Shown here: one piece after another, positions 1-6,019 of the stretch
Layout of the letters: every line of letters begins with the position of its first letter
How positions within the stretch are numbered: the first letter of the stretch is position 1
NCBI GenBank assembly: GCA_030587585.2
Contig: JAUQYS020000294.1
Span: forward strand, 1-8,390
Source of the DNA: Candidatus Njordarchaeota archaeon
Lineage (GTDB): Archaea; Asgardarchaeota; Njordarchaeia; Njordarchaeales; Panguiarchaeaceae
Direction: 5' to 3'
DNA: 8,390 nucleotides
Notes under the pieces: generated by a model
Database searches by the model: none
What the model saw: only the letters and a program-made list of their open reading frames with translations
Told to the model about the DNA's origin: nothing
Program-made: the position numbers and the translations under genes

Positions 1-1
1 T

Positions 2-397
2 GTGGGTTTAAGCTGGGAGGAGTTTATTAAAAAAGGAGGTTACTATATAAGACATATGTATGGACTTGAGGGCTCAAAAAAAGACTATAATTCACCTAAG
101 TGTGATACCATAATATCAAAATATTTTTGTCCATTTGCTAGAATGGATTTTTCAGATCTTAGAAAAGCCCTAAAAAAAATTAATCCTAAAATTAAAGATG
201 AGGAAATAGAAGAGATTCATAATTTATGCCTGTTAAGAAATTATCGAAAAGCCTGTGGAGTTTTTTTAAGGTCTATTGGAGGCTCAAAAATAAGGATAAA
301 TATTGTTTCGCATCCTGTTCAATATGTTAGGGCTTTATGGAAGATTATGGGTAAGAGGCGAAAGAAAAGTGAGGACGAGGCGAAAAATATATCCTAA
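2..397 (+). CDS. priL: DNA primase large subunit (PriL), C-terminal Fe-S domain; 5' end lies outside the window
   Basis: The translation contains YYIRHMYGLEGSKKDYNSPKCDTIISKYFCPF, then RKACGVF, then SHPVQYV. From memory this matches the eukaryotic/archaeal PriL/PRIM2 C-terminal pattern Y-x-IRH-x-(F/Y)G-x-EG...Y-x(3)-C...CPF...AC...HP-x-Q(F/Y), which carries three of the four Fe-S cysteines. The ORF is open to the window edge and stops with TAA at 395-397. Confidence 0.7.
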   Translation: MGLSWEEFIKKGGYYIRHMYGLEGSKKDYNSPKCDTIISKYFCPFARMDFSDLRKALKKINPKIKDEEIEEIHNLCLLRNYRKACGVFLRSIGGSKIRINIVSHPVQYVRALWKIMGKRRKKSEDEAKNIS

Positions 398-1160
398 GAT
401 TTTTCTGAGAACACATATTACTGGATATGACCCATATTTGTTGAGGGATAAAGTTGTTTCTATATTTGGTGTTGGTGGGATAGGAGCTGTTTTAGCGGAG
501 ATTCTTGTTAGAGTAGGTGTTGGAAACATAGTAATAGTGGATAAAGACATTGTCGAAGAAGAAAATCTAAATAGGTTAGGATACTATGTTGGTGATATAG
601 GAAAACCGAAAGTAGATGTCCTTAGCGAGCGGCTCTTAGCGTTTAGGAGAATTATGGGCAAAAATTTTGATGTTAAAATCGAGAAATATTACGCAAACAT
701 CTTCGATTTTCCTGAAATAGATGATATAATAAAAAGATCTGATTGCGTTCTTGCGGCTCTGGATGATATTGATGCTAGACTGGAAGTGAATAGATACGCT
801 ATAAGACATAGAAAGGTCTTAATAGACGGGGGGGCATCAACAAATGGTTTAAGAGGAAGAGTTACTGTTGTAAAACCATTTATTTGGCCATGTCTTGCAT
901 GTTACTACATGCCAGACACTATGATAGAACAGGGGGATTTATCGAATTTAACGTGTAATGTTAGTCTGCCTACGACAATGTGTATAATTGCTGCTATTCA
1001 AGCTGATCAATGCCTGAAATATCTGCTTAAAAAAAGTGGTTTGAAACCACTAACATTAATATCGTTAGAAGAGGGAATTAAAATAAGTCAAATAGAAACA
1101 ATAAAACGTAGACCAGATTGTCCATATTGCGCTGGTGAGATAGTTGACCAAGAAAATTGA
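324..1160 (+). CDS. ThiF/MoeB/UbaA-family E1-like adenylyltransferase (no rhodanese domain)
   Basis: It has a Rossmann motif VSIFGVGGIGAVLAE and the motif VDKDIVEEENLNRL (family pattern D-x-D-x-V-x(2)-s-N-L-n-R). LIDGGASTNGLRGRVTVV is followed by two CxxC pairs, WPCLACYY and RPDCPYC, which form the Zn site typical of MoeB/ThiF/archaeal E1-like enzymes. The start is uncertain: candidates are TTG 303, ATG 324 and GTG 369, and all overlap the priL 3' end. The stop is TGA at 1158-1160. Confidence 0.85.
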   Translation: MLGLYGRLWVRGERKVRTRRKIYPKIFLRTHITGYDPYLLRDKVVSIFGVGGIGAVLAEILVRVGVGNIVIVDKDIVEEENLNRLGYYVGDIGKPKVDVLSERLLAFRRIMGKNFDVKIEKYYANIFDFPEIDDIIKRSDCVLAALDDIDARLEVNRYAIRHRKVLIDGGASTNGLRGRVTVVKPFIWPCLACYYMPDTMIEQGDLSNLTCNVSLPTTMCIIAAIQADQCLKYLLKKSGLKPLTLISLEEGIKISQIETIKRRPDCPYCAGEIVDQEN

Positions 1161-1530
1161 AAAAAATGATAATCGAGAGCATAATAGCGAGATAATAAAA
1201 ATAGAGGTTGAGGCTATCGAGACGCCAAGGGGGCTTGTTCCTACAATCTCTAGTGTAACTAGTATAGTACAAGCTTTAAACAAAGTTTTGGAGTCGATAG
1301 CTAAGATGATAACTGAGATCGTTGAGGAGCTGAGGAAAAATACGGAAGCTATGGAGAAGGTAGCGAATAGTATCCGCTCGTTGGACGCAAAAATGGATGT
1401 TTTGCAATCATTGCTAACAGAGATAAAAATTAATATGGAGCGAAATACTACCGATTCAAGCACAAAAAAGTTTGCAGAAAATAGAAGGAGAGATGTTAAA
1501 AAAGATCTTTTTAACCTTCTGAAAGAATAA
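1144..1530 (+). CDS. Hypothetical K/E-rich coiled-coil protein
   Basis: It is co-oriented with the E1-like gene and overlaps its 3' end by 17 nt, and it ends 5 nt before the next ATG. A heptad-like stretch runs IVQALNKVLESIAKMITEIVEELRKNTEAMEKVANSIRSLDAKMDVLQSLLTEIK. The composition resembles the other proteins here, whereas the antisense ORF 1065-1544 is F/L/S-rich shadow. The start codon is TTG at 1144 and the first ATG is at 1306, so the N-terminus is uncertain. I recognise no family. Confidence 0.45.
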   Translation: MTKKIEKNDNREHNSEIIKIEVEAIETPRGLVPTISSVTSIVQALNKVLESIAKMITEIVEELRKNTEAMEKVANSIRSLDAKMDVLQSLLTEIKINMERNTTDSSTKKFAENRRRDVKKDLFNLLKE

Positions 1531-1535
1531 AAACT

Positions 1536-2222
1536 ATGTTCCATTATTTCTCCAGTGAAAGTAAAATAGAGAAAGAGCAGATAAGCAAAATGAAGAGCGA
1601 AAAGATAAGCATAACTAAGAAAGTGGAAATAATGAAAAGAATAGTTGAGAGGCTATATATGTATAGAAGCGTAGAACGTGCTTTAATAGAGAATATTGAC
1701 GGTATTTCTATTTTTGATTTTACTACCGATCTTGATAATGCATGGAAGAAGGCTTTTAAATTCTTTAAAGATAGCTTGTTCTTAAGCAGTATATTATTGC
1801 TACTAAAATATTCTGAGCGAAGCTTAGGAGATATTCTTAGTTTTTTTAGAGAAATATTTCCACTAGCCCAAGCAGAGGCTAATATGAAATATAAATGTGA
1901 ATCGGTAGCGAGGAAGGTAGTCTTTAGACTTAATTTGCTATCCGCAATAGGAGGGTTGTCCGTCGGGATAATTATAGGACTATTTTTTATTTTCGGTGCA
2001 TTTCAAAATATAGTTAACCAATTTTCATGGATATATGGCATTTTTCTTCTTGTTTTAATAATAACAAGTATTGCTCTAGGAGCCTACAAATTAGACATTA
2101 TGGTAACTCTCATAGTATTGAATGACACATTATCGGATAAGGTTAGAATAAGACCTATACTGTTAGCCTTATGTTTTTCCTTACTAGCTTTTGTGTTGGT
2201 TTTTTCTTTGCTGATGTATTAG
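1536..2222 (+). CDS. Hypothetical membrane protein (soluble N-terminal half, about three C-terminal TM helices)
   Basis: The ATG at 1536 lies 5 nt after the previous stop. Hydrophobic segments are LSAIGGLSVGIIIGLFFIFGAF, IYGIFLLVLIITSIALGAY and ILLALCFSLLAFVLVFSLLMY. I recognise no family. Confidence 0.55.
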   Translation: MFHYFSSESKIEKEQISKMKSEKISITKKVEIMKRIVERLYMYRSVERALIENIDGISIFDFTTDLDNAWKKAFKFFKDSLFLSSILLLLKYSERSLGDILSFFREIFPLAQAEANMKYKCESVARKVVFRLNLLSAIGGLSVGIIIGLFFIFGAFQNIVNQFSWIYGIFLLVLIITSIALGAYKLDIMVTLIVLNDTLSDKVRIRPILLALCFSLLAFVLVFSLLMY

Positions 2223-2287
2223 ACTATTAGTAGTATTGAACAATAGCGATCGATAACAGCATTAATAAATCCATTTAATCAATATGA

Positions 2288-2298
2288 TTTTTATTAAA
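2288..2298 (+). promoter_or_regulatory. Putative TATA-box-like element upstream of the EF-2-like gene
   Basis: TTTTTATTAAA lies about 50-60 nt upstream of ATG 2347. A GGTG Shine-Dalgarno-like motif at 2335-2338 lies 8 nt upstream of the ATG. This call rests on position and sequence only. Confidence 0.3.
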
Positions 2299-2346
2299 TT
2301 CCTTAGTTAAAGATAAGAAGCATTTAGAAAATATGGTGTTAGCAAA

Positions 2347-4599
2347 ATGGTAAAAATCAAAGGCGCCGAAGAAATAAGACAACTAATAAAGAAGTTACCA
2401 TTAGAACAAAAAAGAATATTCAGCATTGTGGCGCATATAGATCATGGAAAGAGCACAATGTGCGACTACTTACTTGCCCGTGCGGGACTTATGTCAGAAG
2501 AGCTAGCGGGAGAAAAAAGAATGACAGACTATGACGAAGAAGAACAGAAAAGAATAATAACGATATTCACAACCGTAGTTAATTTGCTTTATAAATACAA
2601 AGACAAGGAATATCTAATTCAACTTAACGATACTCCTGGGCATATATCATTCACAGGAGAGGTATCCCGAGCCATACGTGCAAGTGATGGAATAATATTA
2701 CTTGTTGACGCTGTAGAAGGCGTAATGACGCAGACTATAACAAATCTCAAACTGGCCCTAAAGGAAGGCTGCAAACCCGTATTATACATAAACAAGGTAG
2801 ATAGGCTTATCTCAGAATTGAGACTTAGCCCGCAAGAAGTTGTATCAAAAATAGACAACATAATTCGAGAAGTAAACAAACTCATAGAAAATTACGCCCC
2901 CGAGGGATACAAGAAAAAATGGAAAGTAAATTTTGCAGACGGTAGCGTGGCAGTAGGCTCAGCAAAAGATGGCTGGGGCTTTACGTTTGACATATTGAAG
3001 AAAAAGTTTCCAGACCCAAAGGAGGGGTACATAAAAATATTCAAAAAATATGAGGAAGGAGACTTAGACTGGCTAAGAGAAAACTTGCCTCTCGATGAAG
3101 CAATATTGGAGATGGTTATAAAGCATCTACCTAATCCCAAAGAAGCCCAAAAATATAAAATAGAATCAATCTGGAGAGGACGAAAAGACATAGACGCGTA
3201 TGAAGCACTAATAAATGTAGACCAAAAAGGTCCCCTAATAGGCATGATAACAAAAATCTTTGTCCACCCAAAAACATTTCAAACGGCACTCATAGGCAGG
3301 ATATGGTCAGGTGTGCTTTCCAGTGATACCGAACTATACCTACTAAGCAAAGGAACAACAGCACGCCCTCACAGATTGGGAGTAATGGAAATAACAGACA
3401 TACTAGATGTAGACAAAATACCAGCAGGAAATCTCTTCGCAATGACGGGATTCCTCGTTCCAGCAGGAGAAAGCTTTATAAGCTCCGAGACATACGAGGA
3501 ATATAAAGATCTTATCGAGACCGGAGAATTTGGCTTTGAACCAATACCCTACGCAAGCGAACCAGTAGTTTCGAGAGCAATAAGACCAAAAGACCCAAAT
3601 GAGCTAGATACACTGGCCAAAGTAGCTGAGATGTGGGTTGCGGCCGACCCAACAGCAAAGTTTTATTTGGATAGAGAATCTAACCAATACATCCTAGCGG
3701 GAATAGACCCATTGCAGCTAGAGATTCTAATAAAAAGAATAAACATGAAGGTCTCAGTAGAAGTTGATGAACCGATCATAGTATATAGAGAGAGAATAGA
3801 AAAGAAAGGAATCGAAATAACAACAAAGTCCCCTAACGCTCTTAATAGACTAACTCTCTATGTCGAACCACTAGAAGAAGGCGTAGCCGACGCCATAAGA
3901 AAAGGTATAATAAAAGAAGAACAAGAACCCAAAGCCCGAGCGAGAATACTCAGAGAAAACTTCGGATGGGAAACACACCTAGCGAAAAACATAATAGCAA
4001 TGGAAGAAACAAACGTACTAATAAACGCAACAATAGGAGTACAAAGATTCGACAGAGTGAGAGACTACATAATAGCAACATTCAAGGACTTCTGCAGAGG
4101 CGGGCCTATAGCAAAAGAACCAGTCCAAAACCTCAAAGTCGTTATAACTGACGCAATAGTACACGAAGACCCTGTCCATACACAGATGGGCCAAATATTC
4201 CCAATGACATATGCGGCGTTAGCAGTATCATTCCTAACAGGAAATCCAGCATTATACGAACCAGTTCTCAGAGTAGATATAAAAGCACCTCAAAGATTTA
4301 TGGGACCGCTAATAACACTATTATCACAACGCAGAGGCAGAATATACGAAACAACGATCGAAGGAGAAGACGTCCACATAGTAGCCCATGTACCAGTCCC
4401 AGAAACCTTAGATCTTGCAGAAAAACTCAGATCGATCTCCAGCGGAAGAGCATTCTTTGGGTATCAATTCGAAACATGGTGGAAAGTCCCAGAAAGCATG
4501 AGCGAAGACCTAATCAAACAAATAAGAAAACGCAAAAAACTAAAAGAGGAACCACCAACAGTAAAAGACTTCGAAAGATTTATTTATCAGCGCACCTGA
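2347..4599 (+). CDS. Elongation factor 2 (aEF-2/EF-G) family translational GTPase, divergent (possible aEF-2 paralog)
   Basis: The 750-aa ORF is collinear with aEF-2. It has G1 AHIDHGKST, G3 DTPGH, G4 NKVD and GSAKDGWGF, and a domain IV/V-like C-terminus ending KEEPPTVKDF (canonical P-N-PPT-x-KD). Functionally critical loops deviate and are described in the findings. Confidence 0.93.
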   Translation: MVKIKGAEEIRQLIKKLPLEQKRIFSIVAHIDHGKSTMCDYLLARAGLMSEELAGEKRMTDYDEEEQKRIITIFTTVVNLLYKYKDKEYLIQLNDTPGHISFTGEVSRAIRASDGIILLVDAVEGVMTQTITNLKLALKEGCKPVLYINKVDRLISELRLSPQEVVSKIDNIIREVNKLIENYAPEGYKKKWKVNFADGSVAVGSAKDGWGFTFDILKKKFPDPKEGYIKIFKKYEEGDLDWLRENLPLDEAILEMVIKHLPNPKEAQKYKIESIWRGRKDIDAYEALINVDQKGPLIGMITKIFVHPKTFQTALIGRIWSGVLSSDTELYLLSKGTTARPHRLGVMEITDILDVDKIPAGNLFAMTGFLVPAGESFISSETYEEYKDLIETGEFGFEPIPYASEPVVSRAIRPKDPNELDTLAKVAEMWVAADPTAKFYLDRESNQYILAGIDPLQLEILIKRINMKVSVEVDEPIIVYRERIEKKGIEITTKSPNALNRLTLYVEPLEEGVADAIRKGIIKEEQEPKARARILRENFGWETHLAKNIIAMEETNVLINATIGVQRFDRVRDYIIATFKDFCRGGPIAKEPVQNLKVVITDAIVHEDPVHTQMGQIFPMTYAALAVSFLTGNPALYEPVLRVDIKAPQRFMGPLITLLSQRRGRIYETTIEGEDVHIVAHVPVPETLDLAEKLRSISSGRAFFGYQFETWWKVPESMSEDLIKQIRKRKKLKEEPPTVKDFERFIYQRT

Positions 4600-4615
4600 A
4601 GCCAAGACAGGTGCA

Positions 4616-4633
4616 TTTTTTTAAATGTTTTTT
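4616..4633 (+). terminator. Putative oligo-T terminator after the EF-2-like gene
   Basis: A T7 run at 4616-4622 and a T6 run at 4628-4633 begin 17 nt after the stop at 4599. Archaeal termination commonly uses oligo-T tracts. Confidence 0.35.
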
Positions 4634-4744
4634 GTTCTTCGAAAACCTCGTCGCAATTTATCCTATCTACTCTTGTATTAATTTTTATGGCAAAAACATT
4701 CTTTGTCGTATAGATATTCTTTTTCAGAAAGTCACTAAATGTCG

Positions 4745-4856
4745 TATCCATTGTCAGGAAAACTATCCATTCGCTAATTGTGGTTTTGTATAGCAAATTG
4801 TTTTTTGGTTTACATACTGAACATTATACAAAAGTATCCACATATTATCCAGATAT
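4745..4856 (+). repeat. Cluster of four TATCCA-core direct repeats in an intergenic region
   Basis: TATCCATT occurs at 4745-4752 and 4764-4771. Two abutting 11-mers are TATCCACATAT at 4835-4845 and TATCCAGATAT at 4846-4856. Confidence 0.5.
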
Positions 4857-4877
4857 TGCTATACTTTGAAAAACATT

Positions 4878-4896
4878 CCTTGAATAGTATTCAAGG
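4878..4896. promoter_or_regulatory. Perfect 9-1-9 palindrome, operator-like, just upstream of the 276-aa ORF
   Basis: The sequence is CCTTGAATA-g-TATTCAAGG, and it ends 8 nt before ATG 4905. Confidence 0.4.
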
Positions 4897-4904
4897 GAAA
4901 AAGT

Positions 4905-5735
4905 ATGCCCATTAATACTGAGTATAATTCGATGAGCAATCTCGTAAATATACTATCTTACATTGAGTACATACTCTCCGAAATAGACTATCTCTATTTG
5001 CGAGTTTTATTTTTTCGCAACAACAAGCTTCTGCTAAAAAATAAAATTGATAAAAACATACTAAAACTCTACGAGCAGCTGCTCGGCACATATGAGCGAT
5101 TAATTAACTCAATAATAAAAAGAAAGCTCAACCTCCAAAAACAAATTAGATCATGCAGTACTACTATAGCCGAAAACACTGTGAAACCTCCCAAGGATAC
5201 AATCGATAAATTCGCATCGACCATAAATTCCCGCATTATATCGAATCTTCAACAAATAGAGGAAAAAATAAATATCCTAAGAAAGCATTTATCATCGCTT
5301 AATAGAGTCTATGAATATCTAACGGGACTTGATATACTTGATAATCTTGAACATAATGAACACGTACTATACATGTTAGCTTTTGATAACCAAAGAATTA
5401 TCATCACTAACATCAGGATATTCGTCCACGACGCGTCTAAAGGAACCGTCAATTTTTTCTATATTACGGATATCGAAAAGATACTATTAAAAAACTCATT
5501 ATTCTTTAAAGGTTGCATAATTAAGCTCATAGACAAAAGCAAAATAAAAATACCTCTATCTCTGCGTAAATCTAAGCATTTAAAAAGAATACTCACTAAA
5601 GTTATCAATCTAAACAAAAACTCACTGAAATATTCTCCTAAAAAAATTATCGACGAAAGATCTCTTATTCGCCCAAATATAAAAACACTAAAAACCGAAT
5701 TATTAAGATGCATTCTAGACAACCACACAAGGTAG
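4905..5735 (+). CDS. Hypothetical protein: N-terminal coiled-coil region plus a possible PH-like C-terminal domain
   Basis: It is a long ATG-initiated ORF with the same I/K/N/L-rich composition as its neighbours. The C-terminal segment EHVLYMLAFDNQRIIITNIRIFVHDASKGTVNFFYITDIEKILLK loosely resembles the bacterial/archaeal PH (bPH/GRAM-like) pattern E-x-V-l...l-x-l-T-n-x-R-i. This is a weak assignment from memory. Confidence 0.55.
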   Translation: MPINTEYNSMSNLVNILSYIEYILSEIDYLYLRVLFFRNNKLLLKNKIDKNILKLYEQLLGTYERLINSIIKRKLNLQKQIRSCSTTIAENTVKPPKDTIDKFASTINSRIISNLQQIEEKINILRKHLSSLNRVYEYLTGLDILDNLEHNEHVLYMLAFDNQRIIITNIRIFVHDASKGTVNFFYITDIEKILLKNSLFFKGCIIKLIDKSKIKIPLSLRKSKHLKRILTKVINLNKNSLKYSPKKIIDERSLIRPNIKTLKTELLRCILDNHTR

Positions 5736-5807
5736 AAAATTCATCCATTATTATGCATTTAAATCAAAGCACATCTAGAAATAACTAAAGAATTTCTAAT
5801 TGAAGAA

Positions 5808-5964
5808 TAGCGTGGGGGTTTCCGAGTTCGAAATGGGTTCGGGCGTGACCCGCACCCTATGGCCGTCCACTCAAAAGAGCGGACAGCACCGCCCTTTCGC
5901 CTGGGGTCCCCCACCAGACTACTCAGGCAGGCGTGGCGCGGCTTAGCTTTCGGCCCCCACACTA
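5808..5964 (-). other. Leader/trailer processing stem with BHB-like motif enclosing the permuted 5S rRNA
   Basis: Leader UAGUGUGGGGG (5964-5954) pairs with trailer CCCCCACGCUA (5818-5808), giving 11 bp with one G-U. Adjacent to it is a 4-bp helix CCGA (5953-5950) / UCGG (5825-5822), flanked by 3-nt unpaired AAG (5949-5947) and AAA (5821-5819) on opposite strands. Confidence 0.6.
5820..5947 (-). rRNA. 5S rRNA, circularly permuted gene (3' half, UUUU-capped helix I, then 5' half)
   Basis: The minus-strand RNA is GCUAAGCCGCGCCACGCCUGCCUGAGUAGUCUGGUGGGGGACCCCAGGCGAAAGGGCGGUGCUGUCCGCUCUUUUGAGUGGACGGCCAUAGGGUGCGGGUCACGCCCGAACCCAUUUCGAACUCGGAA (128 nt). All 5S hallmarks are present: GGCCAUAG loop A, helix II GGUGCGG/CCGCGCC, helix III GCCCGA/UCGG-AA-GC, loop C CCCAUUUCGAAC, GCUAAGCC, a loop-E-type AGUA/GAA motif, a helix IV hairpin, and helix I GUGGACGG/CUGUCCGC. 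Their order is permuted. Removing the 8-nt cap and rejoining the ends gives a 120-nt canonical 5S. Confidence 0.85.
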
Positions 5965-6001
5965 CCACAATAACCATTTATTTTTTCAACACTATCTCTG
6001 A

Positions 6002-6009
6002 TTTAAAAA
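6002..6009 (-). promoter_or_regulatory. Putative TATA box for the 5S rRNA transcript
   Basis: The minus strand reads TTTTTAAA, about 40 nt upstream of the start of the leader stem (5964). That placement would give a transcript start roughly 10-15 nt before the stem. This call rests on sequence and position only. Confidence 0.3.
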
Positions 6010-6019
6010 GTTTATTAAT

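Noticed and set aside
335-550. Other antisense track ORFs: 335-550(-), 5459-5728(-), 6868-7071(+) and 7298-7492(+).
   Set aside because: Each is fully embedded antisense in a longer ORF that has recognisable domain motifs or matching composition.
1065-1544. 159-aa and 64-aa minus-strand ORFs antisense to 1144-1530.
   Set aside because: Their F/L/S-rich low-complexity translation is typical of the antisense frame of a K/E-rich gene. Their orientation would also break the tightly coupled plus-strand gene series.
1144-2222. The idea that the coiled-coil protein plus the following TM protein form a SNARE-like or ubiquitin-like partner of the E1-like enzyme.
   Set aside because: There is no C-terminal Gly-Gly and no beta-grasp-sized ORF. 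The heptad stretch alone is not diagnostic, so this is speculation without sequence support.
2619-4793. Internal or overlapping ORFs 2619-2885(-), 2892-3245(-), 3966-4151(+) and 4476-4793(+).
   Set aside because: They lie within or overlap the strongly supported EF-2-like CDS. Their translations are low-complexity (R/N/K/S-rich) with no recognisable motifs.
4587-4796. 69-aa minus-strand ORF in the EF-2 / 276-aa spacer.
   Set aside because: It would overlap the EF-2 stop and run across the oligo-T terminator tracts and two TATCCA repeats. It has no recognisable motif or Shine-Dalgarno sequence. It cannot be excluded as a small protein, but the evidence is insufficient to call it.
5808-5964. 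Alternative reading of the 5S block as remnants of two tandem 5S copies, or as a 5S pseudogene.
   Set aside because: Both halves are complete and mutually compatible: helices I, II and III all pair across the halves. The linker forms a clean tetraloop-capped extension of helix I, and the AT-rich flanks are complementary over 11 bp. Decay products of a tandem duplication would not be expected to show these designed-looking features. This still needs expression data.
5759-5977. 72-aa minus-strand ORF in the track (MVIVVVWGPKAKPRH...).
   Set aside because: It coincides exactly with the G+C-rich 5S rRNA block. Its Gly/Arg/Pro-rich composition is unlike every other protein here, so it is a shadow ORF of a structured RNA gene.
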